Source: Paraspadella gotoi
Taxonomy: Eukaryota; Animalia; Chaetognatha
Direction of reading: 5' to 3'
Length of the DNA stretch: 64,000 nt
Assembly (NCBI GenBank): GCA_051294375.1
Contig: CM119271.1
Location: 3,883,102 to 3,947,101 of the forward strand
Shown: positions 28,249 through 42,200 of the stretch, piece by piece
Layout: each line of letters opens with the position of its first letter
Position numbering within the stretch: the first letter of the stretch is position 1
Notes under the pieces: model-generated
What the model was told of the DNA's origin: nothing
Databases searched by the model: none
Seen by the model: the letters and a program-made list of their open reading frames with translations, nothing else
Made by a program: the position numbers and the translations under genes

Positions 28249-29147
28249 ATCCAGCGAAATTCATACACTAAAAGTCGAGTTTGGAAGGTCGGAGATTTGA
28301 AATTTATGTTTTCGAGTCGAGATTAGATTTTTCGTGTTTGTCGCTTCGCGCGAAAAGACGCATGCAGTCATGCACGCAAGTTATGACTCGTGATCGCACG
28401 CAAAGTCACGTGGGTGCACGTCGTCTCGTGATCGCACGCAAGGCCTTGTATCCGGTATCTCTGAAACTGAAATAGAAGTCAAGTGATGTTCCAATCAACA
28501 TTTATTTGTGTATTTTTTTCAGAAATTATGGTGTCCGAGAATTATATAAGCTTGATTTATACATACATGTTTTACTGGAGAGGGGTTATTATTACGCATA
28601 GGATTAAAATGATCATAAAATATTTTTTTTAGCTCTAAGAACAACAACTCAAAAAGTCAGGCCGACAATTTCTTCCACAATGTTGTTGAATAACAAAATA
28701 CTAAGGTCTTCTCCATTTCCTCTCTCAGAGAGAAACACGAAACAGTTTTTTGTCTTTGGCACAAAACGTCGGATCCTTGGAGAAGAAAATAATCGATACA
28801 CGTGATCCTGGAAATTCAATTTTCTTCACGCGTGAAAAAATGTGGCGGAAAAAAAAAAAAAAGATTGGTTCGAGGTGAAATTGCATCTTCGTTCAGGAGG
28901 AATCTTTAAATAATTGAGTGAAGAGACATAAAAGGGAGAATATTGGATGTTATGCGAACGGGTGCGTTCGAATACTGTAATTTGCGGTATTGGTTTTGCA
29001 TATTGGAGACAGGTTTGCGCATTGCACACTGGGCAGGGGGCATATATTTCCTTACGCGTATCCAAAAATCGATGGAAATTGGAACCTAAGATGGGCTTGG
29101 TCAATGGTCATGAAGTGACAGCTTTACTTCACGAACCACCGTGTCAC

Positions 29148-29186
<39 letters not shown>

Positions 29187-29187
29187 C

Positions 29188-29222
<35 letters not shown>

Positions 29223-29687
29223 TGATCACTCTATTAGTATTTTAGCTCCCAGCCTTCCCAGAATCATCAAATCTAAATATCAAAAGCCGAGGATCGAAAC
29301 GAAAGCTTTGGACCCTCAGTTCTAGTGGACTGACTGTGGATTCCATTTTCAAATTTATAATAATGACAAACATTAACAACCAACGGAAACAGAAAGAGTT
29401 CTTAGCAAACCAAAAAAAAAATCAATGAGAGACCAGAATGAGAATAAAAAGTAAACAGTGGAGACTCAAATTACGTCATGATTCGTATGCTGAAGATCGA
29501 TTTTTGGGGCAAATCCGATATCAAAAGGATTCCAACACAAACCGTTCCTAAAATTGTAGAGTAATTGACATTTGAACAGAATAATTTTCATTGTTTGTAA
29601 ACAATTACGCAACAAAAGTTTAGAGAATCAGCGAAGAAGTAAACTTGCAAAAAAAAAATGTTGATGTTCCCGATTTTTTTTAAAAAT

Positions 29688-30037
29688 AAGAACGGTAATT
29701 CGAATTTGTTTTCGCCGCAGTGACTGCCTTATCTCGTATATTTCTTGTGACATGACATGACATGACATGACATGACATGACAAGACAATACGTAACATGA
29801 CATAACTGAATGACTAGGATTTCCTGAAGGCGCGGACGCTAGCAGTCAGTTAGATTTGATGTTTTTTTCCTGACTTAAAAATGAACACAACTATGGGCAA
29901 ACAATAAGCGTTTTTCACGTAAGTGGGACAGACCAACCGACAGACATACGACCGACAGACAGACAGAACGACAGACAGAGACAGAACCAACCAAAATTGA
30001 CCTAAAGAGTTGCTCCACAAGTACTCACGGAGCAACT
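29688..30037 (-). mobile_element. HINE/DINE-1-like element (duplicate of 17521-17854)
   Basis: Same hairpin, GTCT repeat and 3' end. Confidence 0.7.
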
Positions 30038-30287
30038 AAAAAATTTGTCGTGTTTCCCCAAAGCCATTCTCATCGTTGATGAACTCGTGAAGGCAAAAAG
30101 GTGATGACATAATGAGAGTTTGGGACGAAAATACCTCAAAAGGGGGATAGGGGAGGGCGGGATAGGGAGGCGGGATAGGGAAGGGGGGATATGGGAAAAG
30201 CGACGGTGACAAAGACATTAATGAGGATGAAGATGATAAAACTAACGACGCAAGTTATGATGTCGAGGATTGTTTGACTTTTTTTTA

Positions 30288-30694
30288 TGAGTTGTGCCGT
30301 GAGTACTCTCGGAGCAACTCTATTATGTCACTTTTCAGTCTGTCTGATGGTCAGTCCTTTGGTTAGTCGGTCCGTTGGCATGTTTTGTCTGTCGATCTGT
30401 CCCACTTAAGTTTAAAAAATGCATGTAATTTGCCTATAGTTGGTTTCTCATTTGTTAAGACAGAAAAAAACCTCAAATGTAAGAGACTGCTAGAGTCACC
30501 TTCAGGAAATCCTAAAACAATAAGGAATAAAAGATGGAGTTTAAATGCAGTGCATGTCCTAAATATATGGGCTAAGAAAGTTAATAAGTTATTGTAGTCA
30601 TATATTCATGTTATGTCACGTGATGTCATGTCACGAGAAATACACGTGATAAGGGAGTCACTTCGGCGCAACACATTTGAATTACCCGTTCTTG
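30288..30694 (+). mobile_element. HINE/DINE-1-like element (duplicate of 18105-18511)
   Basis: Same hairpin, GTCT repeat and 3' end cggcgcaacacatttgaattacccgttcttg. Confidence 0.7.
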
Positions 30695-30750
30695 TTTTTT
30701 TTTACATTCTTTGTTCTCCTAGTCTTTTGACTTCATTTTCTATTTCTCTT

Positions 30751-30840
<90 letters not shown>

Positions 30841-31087
30841 TTCTCATCTTATTCTTTCCTCTCTTCCGCCCCTTCTTGCCAAAATACGAGCCGGTTTCCC
30901 AAATAGCAGCCGCCCTCACCAAACATAAGCTCGGGCCCAGTCTTCAACTTAATCCACGGCGAAAAAAAAATGTGTTTTGAAACCTTCTGGAGTTTTTAAC
31001 TAGTTTTTAACATGGTTCGTCAATATTGATCGCTATAATAAAGGAATAATTCAATAAAGGAATAAAAAAAAATGTAGAAAGAAATGA

Positions 31088-34071
31088 CACGGTTCCTTTT
31101 TACATTCGATTTACTCGGCCATGGAGTGCACAAGAATGAGATGTCCCGGGATACGTTTCCGGACCTTTGGGCTACACAAAAAAAGGTAATCAAATTTTTT
31201 CCTAATGACAGTTTTTTTATAAATTAATATTAAAATTAGCTATATAAAATCAATAAAGTAGAATAAAAAAATTTAAAAATGGTTTAAATTTTTTTTAAAA
31301 ATGAAAATATCATGCATCATCCATAATCTATGAACAATTTTCTTTCGTTTGAGTCCATAACCATTATTCTATCTTTAATAGTTTATTTGTAATTATTTTT
31401 TTTTTTATTAAAATATTATTTTAATTTTTTTTCAAATAATTTAAATTAAAAAAAATTATAACTATGCCAAATGATTGAAGAAAAATTTTATATTATAAGG
31501 GACTTACCTACCTAATATAGGCCTTCAAATACATATATAGTAAGTTCATTATAATGATGTTTTGACATAGAAAATAAATAATTTATAAAATTAAATATAT
31601 GAAAAAATTTTAACTTTGAATTTTTTTTTAGCATAATAAACATAATTATTAATTAATTGTTCATGATGCTTTTAATAGCTACTGGTCAGTTGTATCATTC
31701 TCAATTATAATAATTTTTATAACTTTTTTATTTTTAGTAATACTGACTGCTATATTTACTTACTTTTGACAAAATCCAAAAATTACTGGGTATTAAAAAA
31801 TTATGTATGAAACAGACGAAAACTTTTTTTTAAATCACATGCTATTTAATTGTTTGAACTGATATAATATTATCCTTGGACAAAATTTAAAAAGTTTTAA
31901 ACAATCCCAACTAAGACATTTTTAAAGGTTGTCAAATGTATAAATATTTGATATTCGGACTGCTTTGTAGGTTTTAACTTAATTCAGTAGCCTCTTTTAA
32001 TATGACAGAAAAGCAGTATATTTAACAGTTTTTTTATTTGGAGTGGGCATCAAAGTTCTAACACATATTAACATCAGTATATTTGTTAAGTATAGTAGAT
32101 TCCTCTATAGATTTTTTAATTTTTGAAAACGTTTTTACTTTTTTTCCTATAATTTTTTGACACGCAAAACGTTTTTTTGAATTTACGCGAAAGAGAATGT
32201 AAAAAATTAAAAATAAATAGTACCAATTAGTTAGATTTATGTCTAGAATAGATGAAAAAAAAACTTGTTTAAAAAATTTGATCGGAAGTGGGGTAACTAA
32301 GGCTTACCAACGGTATCCTCCATGCTGATCGTTCTCTCCTATAATTTTTTTTAATTTTAATACATTTGAAAGGGAAAAAAAGAAAATTCAGAATTCAGGT
32401 GGCATAAAGGGTAGAGAAAATCTGTACATAGTGACATGATAATAATGACCTTTTATGTCTTGCGTAATGGGGCAGTAAAGAAACCTTAAAAATGGCAATC
32501 ATTAAGTCAGTCAATGAACCCTTTTCGCGAATTTTTTTTTCTTAATTAAAATGGATGATAAATAATAGAATTAAATTCCCTTTATAAAGGTTGTTATATT
32601 TAAAAGAAAATTATCAATACAATTCAACACAATGATGTCTTGGCTTTGTCAAATATGTCAGCAGTTAAGTAATTTTTAAAATTTTATTATGATAAACAAG
32701 CAGTATATCAAGCTTTTTCTTTGCAGTTAAAGATAATGAAAATGATTATTTTTTTTCACAGACAAGAAGGTAGACGTCCAGACTGTTTATATCAAGCTGA
32801 AAACATTTTATTATTTATCATTTTTTATATTTAAAAAACATTTTATCAAGCTACTACAAATTTTTTGCTTGTTTTTTACTTTAACTGAAAAATACAAAGC
32901 AAATTTATAAAGTAGAGAAAATTTAATGGTAATTAAAATGTAATTCCAGACTTTCCTCTTTTAATTTACAAAAGAAAAACAAAAATTTTATATGCCTTCA
33001 TTGAAATTTGTAATGCAAAAAACTGTTATACTTTTAACTCGTATTTAAATAAAAACTGTGTAAAGATTTATGGATAAATTTAACAAAACTGTTCTAAGAA
33101 ATATGTCCCATGATTAGGGCTTTAATTTGATACCACACCCACCTTGCTACTCTTTTTTTTCAAAAGATATTCAAGAAAATAACTTTTTTTTATTACTTTT
33201 TTGCATCTTGCAGTTTTTTTAAAAACAACCTAACTTTTGGCCTTAAAAATGTCTAGTTGGGATTGTTTAAAAACTTTTAAATTTTGTCCAAGGATAAATA
33301 TTATAATCAGTTCAAACAATTAATAGCATGTGATTTAAAAAAAAGTTTTTCGTCTGTTTCATACATAATTTTTAATACCAGTTAATTTTTGGATTTTGTC
33401 AAAAGTAAGTAAATATAGCAGTCAGTATTACTAAAAATAAAAAAAGTTATAAAATTATTATAATGAGAATAATACAACTGACCAGTAGCTATTAAAAGCA
33501 TCATGAACAATTAATTAATAATTATGTTTATTATGCTAAAAAAAAATTCAAAGTTAAATTTTTTTCATATATTTAATTTTATAAATTATTTATTTTCTAT
33601 GTCAAAACATCATCATAATAAAACTTACTATATATGTATTTGAAGGCCTATATTAGGTAGGTAAGTCCTTATAATATAAATTTTTCTTCAATCATTTGGC
33701 ATAGTTATAATTTTTTTTAATTTAAATTATTTGAAAAATTAAAATAAATATTTTAATAAAGAAATTAATTACAAATAAACTATTAAAGATAGAATAATGG
33801 TTATGGACTCAAACGAAAGAAAATTGTTCATAGATTATGGATGATGCATGATATTTTTATTTTTAAAAAAATGAAACCATTTTTAAAATTTTTTTTATTC
33901 TACTTTATTGATTTTATATAGCTAATTTTAATATTAATTTATAAAAAAACTGTCATTAGGAAAAATTTGATTACCCTTTTTTTGTGTAACCCAAGGTCCG
34001 GAAACGTATCCCGGGACATCTTCATTCTTGTGCACTCCATGCCGAGTAAATCGATGTAAAAAGGAACCGTG
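31088..34071. mobile_element. Chapaev-type long-TIR element, duplicate copy
   Basis: Same termini and ATGA TSD; appears identical to 18878-21861. Confidence 0.8.
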
Positions 34072-34285
34072 ATGAAGAAATAAGCAGAAATAATACGAAA
34101 AAATGAATAAAATAATAATAATAATAATAATAAAACAAAAAATCCGTCGGAAATAAAGGAACATAAGAGAAAAAAACACCGTCTCGTTCGACGATTGTCA
34201 GTCACATCAGAAATCTGAATGATAATAGAAAGAAAGAAAGGAAAAAAAAAATTGATGGCTGAAGGACGTAAATATCCTTGAGAGA

Positions 34286-34351
<66 letters not shown>

Positions 34352-34679
34352 AGAAAAAAAGAGACAAAATGGCGATTAAGCTTCTAAGACTCGAAGTCGC
34401 GAAGAAACCAGATTTTTCTTCGTATTTTTCAGTTGCGTCAACGAGAGTTCTCGCGGTGCAAGTGACTTTTAGGTCGGTCCCATTGGTCTATCCAACTAAC
34501 GCTTTAAATGATCATGAGTCTGGTAATATTGTATCAATTAAGTTTAAATCTGTAGGTAAGGTAATGTATCATGAGACCTTTTATGTTCATATGTATATAC
34601 TTGTGCCGTAACGAGATGACCTAAAAAAGCGATTACAAGACCAGAAATTTGATGCATCATAATTTATAAAATACTAAAT

Positions 34680-35001
34680 TATTTTAGATAATACTTGATA
34701 GATTGATAAGTCTTTTGTACTTCTATGAAATTAGTACAACCAATTGGTACAACCAATATATAAATATATGTGGAGAAGGCGCTACGTGGGCTGAAGATGA
34801 CTGTCCGTAACTTCTATAACCCCCTCTAACAGCCATGGAACGGGTCCCTGGGCATGGAACCAGGCTTGAGGGTTTGCCATGTCCTCAAGGCGGCTTACGG
34901 CTCCTCACGCTTCCCGCTGGGTAGGTACCGGGTTGGGATCGAACCCGGTACCTAGTGGTCATGAGCTGATGGCTTTACTCAATGAGCCACCGGGTCACAA
35001 C
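34680..35001 (-). mobile_element. tRNA-derived SINE, duplicate copy
   Basis: Appears identical to 22470-22791. Confidence 0.75.
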
Positions 35002-35697
35002 TGAGAGGGTCATGATTCTAGGCGGGGTGAACCTAGGCAATGCCCGACTACATATATATCATACTTCCATAATCATTATGATCATATAAAATAGAGTCAC
35101 ATGTATTTAAGTAAATGTGGAATATTTTATGAAATTGGTAAAACCAATATAAAAATTAATAAATCAGCTATCTCGCCCCTGACTTTGAACAGGCTTTGGT
35201 GGTTTAAGGCCTCCATCACTCTTACAAGATAATGACATAGCAGGTCCCTGCAAGCTTATGCAATATTTGTTTGTTTTAATTGAAAATTGCAGATAAGTGA
35301 TCAACAATAAATTGTTTATTTGATATAAATATGTACCACTTATATACTATATAGACATATAATTTCCCAAAAATGAATATAATAAGAAAATTACTGCGGC
35401 ATGATACATCGAAATTACTGTTCTTGTTTTTTCAAATATTTTTTTTTTAAAATCAAACATTTATTTTTAGTCAGAAGATTGTTAAGTCGGTGTGGGGGGG
35501 TTATTTAATTGGTCTGACCTTGGAGTGTTGGGTTGTTGATTAGGAATGGCACTGATACTTTGCTCGTCTGGTTCTGCAGATCTATACATCTTTTGTTGAT
35601 AGCGATGGGTATTATCTTGTGTATTTTTCGTTTTGTTACATAAAATTTATGTCAAAAAAAAATTATGCCAGTTATTACGGACCTTGGCTTTCCATAA

Positions 35698-35766
<69 letters not shown>

Positions 35767-36007
35767 CGAGCTAACGCTGGACCAGAGCCAGAATTAAAAG
35801 AAGATAAAGAACTGAAAAAGAGGAGAAAGTCTTTTGTTTGTGGAGCGAGAGAATTTCCAAATCCCGGGATGATTAATTTCTGCTCATTACGCTCAATAGT
35901 AAAAGAATAAAATTAATTATTCCCATGAAAAATGTCGTAAAAGTTAAATTGCAGGATCATCTAAAAACTATTGGAAATGTAAAAAAAAATTCAATGTAAA
36001 CACATAA

Positions 36008-36189
36008 ACTAATCAATGGAATCAATCAAACCAATCTAATCAATGGAATCAATCAAATTAACCAAAATAATCTAATCAAATCGAATCAAATCAAATCAAT
36101 TACATTAAATAAAATCAATAAAATCGATTACATCAAGTCATCAACTACTCTCAATCAATCAATCAATCAATCCTTCAATATTTAATCAC

Positions 36190-36225
<36 letters not shown>
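36008..36225. repeat. (AATC)n microsatellite and degenerate derivatives
   Basis: Direct reading. Confidence 0.9.
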
Positions 36226-36226
<1 letters not shown>

Positions 36227-36931
36227 GACAAGCACCTACCTTAAAGTCGACGAAGCCCAAAACTCCTTCTTTCCTTTTTAAAACAGACTCAGTCCTCGTT
36301 GAGGATTAAAAGACGGATTTAAATACGTGGCGTTGGATTAATTAATTAATTAGCCTAATTAGNNNNNNNNNNNNNNNNNNNNNNNNNNNNNNNNNNNNNN
36401 NNNNNNNNNNNNNNNNNNNNNNNNNNNNNNNNNNNNNNNNNNNNNNNNNNNNNNNNNNNNNNNNNNNNNNNNNNNNNNNNNNNNNNNNNNNNNNNNNNNN
36501 NNNNNNNNNNNNNNNNNNNNNNNNNNNNNNNNNNNNNNNNNNNNNNNNNNNNNNNNNNNNNNNNNNNNNNNNNNNNNNNNNNNNNNNNNNNNNNNNNNNN
36601 NNNNNNNNNNNNNNNNNNNNNNNNNNNNNNGGAGATGAGTAAGTGGCTTAATTAAATTTTATTCGTTAAAAAGTTTGAATAATTTATTTCGAGAGGACGA
36701 TGAATTGAGAAAATGATGTATGAATTTGAATAGCAAAACAATGTTAAATTTACAAAATAATAAAACCTACAAAAAAAGAATCAAATCGGTCGTTGACAGT
36801 TACGAGTTGTTCTCTTTTTTCTTAAAATTAAGTCGAGCGAAAACGAAAAAGAAAAAAAAAGACACATTTTTTTCCCCCTCGTTCACTTTTATAGAGGCGT
36901 TGAGAAGTCACGCCCACTTGACAACGAAAAG

Positions 36932-36964
<33 letters not shown>

Positions 36965-37793
36965 TATCGTCGTCATCGTCGTTATCGTCGTCGTCATCGT
37001 CGTCGTCTGTGGCGTCTAGATCTAAACGCCTTTTGTCCTTTTTCTCCAAATGTCATTTTTCATTTTTTCTGTGACGTTGGTTCGTCGCCTTGTCGCCAGG
37101 TCGTCAAACGCAGGAGTGTCATCCCTAGCTGGAGAAGATGTAGCAAATTCAAGTAGTCATCTCTAGTAGTTTATTTTATAAGTTTGCGACTTTTTAAAAC
37201 AAAATTTGATAGTAAAAAAAGACGAACGTTGCGTAATAATATTATCGTATCATCGCATAATTCATATACATGAAGTTTCGATCAATCGTTACGGGTCCAT
37301 ACGATATGAGGACAAACTTAATATTGTAGAAAATGTTTATTATTATGTTTATTATTATGTTTATTATGTTTATTATTTAAAGATGGCGACAGTGATAGAT
37401 CTTCATAAACATACGTCGGGAATTTGAAAAAGAAAAATGGCGGTGGAAAATGAAAGAAAATGGCGAAAAAATGGAGGAGAAAATGGAAAGAAAAATGGAA
37501 AAAGACGAAGGAAAGGAGAGAAGAAGAAATGGAAATCGTGGGAGGATGAGGAGGAGGAAGAGGAGGAGGAGGAGGAGGAAATGAAGAGGAAGAAGAAGAA
37601 GGGGAGAAAAAGGTGCGGGTGGTGAATGAGAATATATCGAAGATTCCTCTTGCATTAGTATATTTTAAACCATATTGGTCAAATAGGACCAACCAACATT
37701 CTCATACACTACCGTTTCCATCAGGGATTTATTTTTAATTGATTAATGACTGAAGTTATTTAGTTAAATAGAAGAATAGATTAGTAAAATAAT

Positions 37794-37844
<51 letters not shown>

Positions 37845-38581
37845 GAGAGATATTCCCCAATTCACGAGGTGCAAAATAGACTGCGTTATAAACCAAATTT
37901 GCATAATGTGATTCCAACGGCAGAGAACCTCACGTATCCATAAGATGTAAAACTCATTAAATTTCGCGTCGAATTTCGTCTTCGTGCTTCTTTCGTTCGA
38001 CAAGATTCCGTTAGATGGCGATCGGCTTTCGAACGGTGAGAAATGATGTCCGACACTATTTATCAAGAAATTAATACGAAATACCTACGAGAGCGCTTTA
38101 CTTTTAAATTCGGTTTATATAGGGATAAACATCTTTGCGCATATTTGTAGTGTTTTATATAGAGCATCGATTTTAGTTAATTAATTCATGCTATTGGTTA
38201 AGCGTCATTTTTAAATCTCACATGTCCATTTTTTTTAATTTAAAAGTTCTTTGGAAAGATATTTTCTTTTCTGTGATTTGGTGGTTTTGATAATAAGCAA
38301 AATATCTCAACTGCTGTTAGTTGTAAAAATATCTAGTCACAAAAAACTGTAACTTAGTTTAATACCGTTATATTGTTCATCGTCATTTAATTGGATTAAA
38401 AGAACAAAATACAAACGATTTTTACCGATGACGAAATCAACATTCAACAAAGTCGACAAAGAAGGAAATAAATAAAATTCTTATTTGAAAATATTAACTC
38501 AAAGTCGAACTCAATTTCTTCTCCGCGTTATTGAAGGGAAGGGAAATCGGATTTTCATATTTGCGTCTACATTCTCTCTCT

Positions 38582-38661
<80 letters not shown>

Positions 38662-39183
38662 GTTGATTCCCAATGCAAAGACGCTCGCTCGCGGTCGGAA
38701 GATTCTCTCGGGATCACGCGCCTGAACGCTCGCGTCGATTTTGCCTGTCGGGTCTTGTGTCAAGATTGCCTGTCGGGTCGTGTGTCGAGTCAGGTCGAAT
38801 CTCGGGTCATCTGTCAGGTTTAATGTCATCCCTAGTTCGGTCACATTTCAGGTTACTTATCGCACATCGTACATCCCTCATTGAATGCCGCTTCAGGAAA
38901 AAAAAAAGCTTTTCCCTCTGTCTCTCTTGACAGGCTTGGTCATATAAAAACTTGATCTAGAGTTTCCCGTCATTTCCTCCTCGGTTCGCCTATTAGGTCC
39001 CTCGTCAAAAATCGGGTCGGGTCAAATCTCGAGTCATCTGCTCGGGGTTACATGTCGTCGGTCAAGTCGCCTGGTCGCTCCTCGCAGTCCTCAGCTATCT
39101 GGCGAGTATGGCCTGTTAGACAGCCTGTTAGACAGCCTTCTCCGGTCGCGTTTCTGCCAAATAGACAAGAGCTAGAGTAAATA

Positions 39184-39293
39184 ACGCGTCGCGTCACTTG
39201 GCGCGCGACGCGTCGAGTGACGAGTGTCCAGAATATTTTCGGTTCGGGGGGGGGGGGGGGAAAGAGGCGGGGGAGGTCACGTGACTGACCAAT
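39184..39293. promoter_or_regulatory. CpG-rich promoter-like motif cluster
   Basis: 10-bp inverted repeat acgcgtcgcg/cgcgacgcgt around ttggcgcg, a G run, gaggcgggg, palindromic E-box GTCACGTGAC (39276-39285) and CCAAT (39289-39293). It lies ~0.9 kb upstream of a coding exon. Confidence 0.35.
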
Positions 39294-40191
39294 GATCCAG
39301 TTTTTTTTTTTTTTCTTTTTTTTTTTATGTCGTCGAGTGAAAAGATTTACTTAGATCGCCAATCAAAAGTGAAACAATCTAACTATTATACATCATATAT
39401 ATAATATTTTTTTTCCTTTTTTAGCCTCGATTTTTTTTTTGGTTTATTAATAATTAAAAAAAAGTAATAGTCACTTGCTCTCAAAAATTGTGTTTTTTTT
39501 TTTAAATTGAGGGGAAAAATATATACCGCCAAAACATACGAATATACAAACATATAAACATATAATAACTCGAGTTATTGAGCTCAACGTTCGTTCAACA
39601 AAAACGCCAAAAAAACTCTTCCCGAGCTTCTTTTCGATCGAGACGTCGCCACAATATTAATTGAATTAGTTTAATTAGTTAAGAAACTATTTCGACCAAC
39701 TATAATTTAAAAATTGAAGTCGTTCCCTCAAAAAAGAGCAAAAAAGCCTTTCGCCAAATAAAAACGGTTGTCAAAATAGTTAAATAAAGAAAAAAATACC
39801 ACCGACAGGTAAACGTAATTAAAACAAGTAACTCCAAATTTAGCAAATGATCATTTCAAGTATTTTAATGATAGATTTTCAAATGATTTTCAAAAAAAAA
39901 AAAANNNNNNNNNNNNNNNNNNNNNNNNNNNNNNNNNNNNNNNNNNNNNNNNNNNNNNNNNNNNNNNNNNNNNNNNNNNNNNNNNNNNNNNNNNNNNNNN
40001 NNNNNNNNNNNNNNNNNNNNNNNNNNNNNNNNNNNNNNNNNNNNNNNNNNNNNNNNNNNNNNNNNNNNNNNNNNNNNNNNNNNNNNNNNNNNNNNNNNNN
40101 NNNNNNNNNNNNNNNNNNNNNNNNNNNNNNNNNNNNNNNNNNNNNNNNNNNNNNNNNNNNNNNNNNNNNNNNNNNNNNNNNNNNNNNNNCT

Positions 40192-40329
40192 GCCATTTTC
40201 CTCTCTTTCGTCGTCGTCATCGTCGTCGTCGTCGTCGCCGGTGTCGACGAGACTGTGGACCACTGTCCCCCGGACTCGAACGCCGACTCGGACGTTTGCG
40301 ACGCGGCAATCTGCCTCAAATGCAGAGGG
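40192..40329 (+). CDS. Exon of a secreted/GPI-anchored Cys-rich protein (signal peptide and first 4 Cys; start lost in the gap)
   Basis: AIFLSFVVVIVVVVAGVDETVDHCPPDSNADSDVCDAAICLKCRG followed by the donor ggg|gtgagt (phase 0). GC-rich codon pattern. Confidence 0.7.
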
Positions 40330-40881
40330 GTGAGTGGTGCGAGATAGAGACGGAAGTATTAGAGTGACGGACGGACTGACGTGTGAAGAGACGGAATTAC
40401 GGACAAGGAGACTGACAGGCCTCACAGTTGTTTAGAAGGANNNNNNNNNNNNNNNNNNNNNNNNNNNNNNNNNNNNNNNNNNNNNNNNNNNNNNNNNNNN
40501 NNNNNNNNNNNNNNNNNNNNNNNNNNNNNNNNNNNNNNNNNNNNNNNNNNNNNNNNNNNNNNNNNNNNNNNNNNNNNNNNNNNNNNNNNNNNNNNNNNNN
40601 NNNNNNNNNNNNNNNNNNNNNNNNNNNNNNNNNNNNNNNNNNNNNNNNNNNNNNNNNNNNNNNNNNNNNNNNNNNNNNNNNNNNNNNNNNNNNNNNNNNN
40701 NNNNNNAAAAAGTTAATAAATGAGCTATCTTGTCCCTGACTCACAATATAATGCCATAGAACCACCCTGAAAGATTTCAATCAAGGACCACTCACTCATT
40801 TCATTTTAAATTAACAAAACGAAAGAAACAAAAGGCCGAACGCAAACAAAACAAATCTGTCCCCCCCTCTGCCACCAACAG

Positions 40882-41127
40882 CCGAAGGGCGACGCCGGCG
40901 AAGAGTGGGTGAGATCTACCACATCGACGCCCTGTTCCGGAACGACCAAGGGCGACCGCGACGCCGTCTGCGCCGGCGCCAAGGACAAAAGCAACGCCGA
41001 AGCCGTCTCATGCAAGACTTGCAAGAAACCCGAAGAGGTGAAAAGCGGCGCCGGGATGTTGACTCCTCGGGTTTTGGCGTTGGGGCTGCTCGGCGTCGTC
41101 GGGATCATCGTCCAGAGCGTCTTTTGA
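40882..41127 (+). CDS. Terminal exon of the same protein with a GPI-signal-like C terminus
   Basis: Acceptor caacag|ccg (phase 0, in frame with the previous exon). PKGDAGEEWVRSTTSTPCSGTTKGDRDAVCAGAKDKSNAEAVSCKTCKKPEEVKSGAGMLTPRVLALGLLGVVGIIVQSVF*: small residues SGA then a hydrophobic tail to the stop. Confidence 0.75.
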   Translation, partial: PKGDAGEEWVRSTTSTPCSGTTKGDRDAVCAGAKDKSNAEAVSCKTCKKPEEVKSGAGMLTPRVLALGLLGVVGIIVQSVF

Positions 41128-42117
41128 ATCTTTGTTTTTTTATTTGTTATTTTTAATTGTTTTGTAAATACAACGGTGCGGCGTTAGTTTTGTTTCGTTT
41201 TGTTTCTTTGATAAATTTACAGTCGTCGGTTTACTAAAGCCTTATTTATTCGCATCAAATTAGTTATCCTAGTACCGCTTGGATTTAGTTCGTAAGCTTC
41301 ATAAACTATTTACATACTGCATCGAATCCTAAACAAACTGCGATGTTTGTTTAATTTTTAAGTGATCCATTTGCATCAATGCTTCACGGCCCGTCTCACA
41401 ATGCGTCACGAAAACGACTCGGCCTCGTAATCGTAATCGATTTTGGTCCGTGAGACGATTAACAATGACGACGACATTTTTGTCAAATTTCCTTTTTGTT
41501 TCCNNNNNNNNNNNNNNNNNNNNNNNNNNNNNNNNNNNNNNNNNNNNNNNNNNNNNNNNNNNNNNNNNNNNNNNNNNNNNNNNNNNNNNNNNNNNNNNNN
41601 NNNNNNNNNNNNNNNNNNNNNNNNNNNNNNNNNNNNNNNNNNNNNNNNNNNNNNNNNNNNNNNNNNNNNNNNNNNNNNNNNNNNNNNNNNNNNNNNNNNN
41701 NNNNNNNNNNNNNNNNNNNNNNNNNNNNNNNNNNNNNNNNNNNNNNNNNNNNNNNNNNNNNNNNNNNNNNNNNNNNNNNNNNNNNNNNNNNNNNNNNNNN
41801 NNNNNNNNNNNNNNNNNNNNNNNNNNNNNNNNNNNNNNNNNNNNNNNNNNNNNNNNNNNNNNNNNNNNNNNNNNNNNNNNNNNNNNNNNNNNNNNNNNNN
41901 NNNNNNNNNNNNNNNNNNNNNNNNNNNNNNNNNNNNNNNNNNNNNNNNNNNNNNNNNNNNNNNNNNNNNNNNNNNNNNNNNNNNNTTATTTTCTCCATTT
42001 TTTAATATCATTCGCGACTTTTTTCTCCTTAATTTTCTCATACTTATTTTCCCCAGAACGCCCCATTTTGTCTTATATTCGAAATTAGGTAATTTTTTTT
42101 AAATTTAAGTGTAGGAG

Positions 42118-42200
42118 TGTTTAGGGTTAGGGATTAAGGTTAGGGTTTAGGGTCAGGGTTAAATGTTTAGGGTTACCATTGCAGGATTTGGGTAAGGGAT
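42118..42200 (+). repeat. Short degenerate TTAGGG tract
   Basis: ttagggttagggattaaggttagggtttagggtcagggtta. Confidence 0.8.

Noticed and set aside
38690-39135. Degenerate tcgggtc/tcgagtc repeats and 68-116 aa ORFs
   Set aside because: Appears to be a decayed tandem repeat next to a (CT)n tract, with no termini, splice pattern or domain.
39847-42102. Long ORFs spanning N runs
   Set aside because: Open only because N translates as X. Only the parts at 40192-40329 and 40882-41127 are supported.
42118-42200. True telomere
   Set aside because: Short, degenerate and internal; the same holds for the tracts at ~3240-3350 and ~6180-6290.
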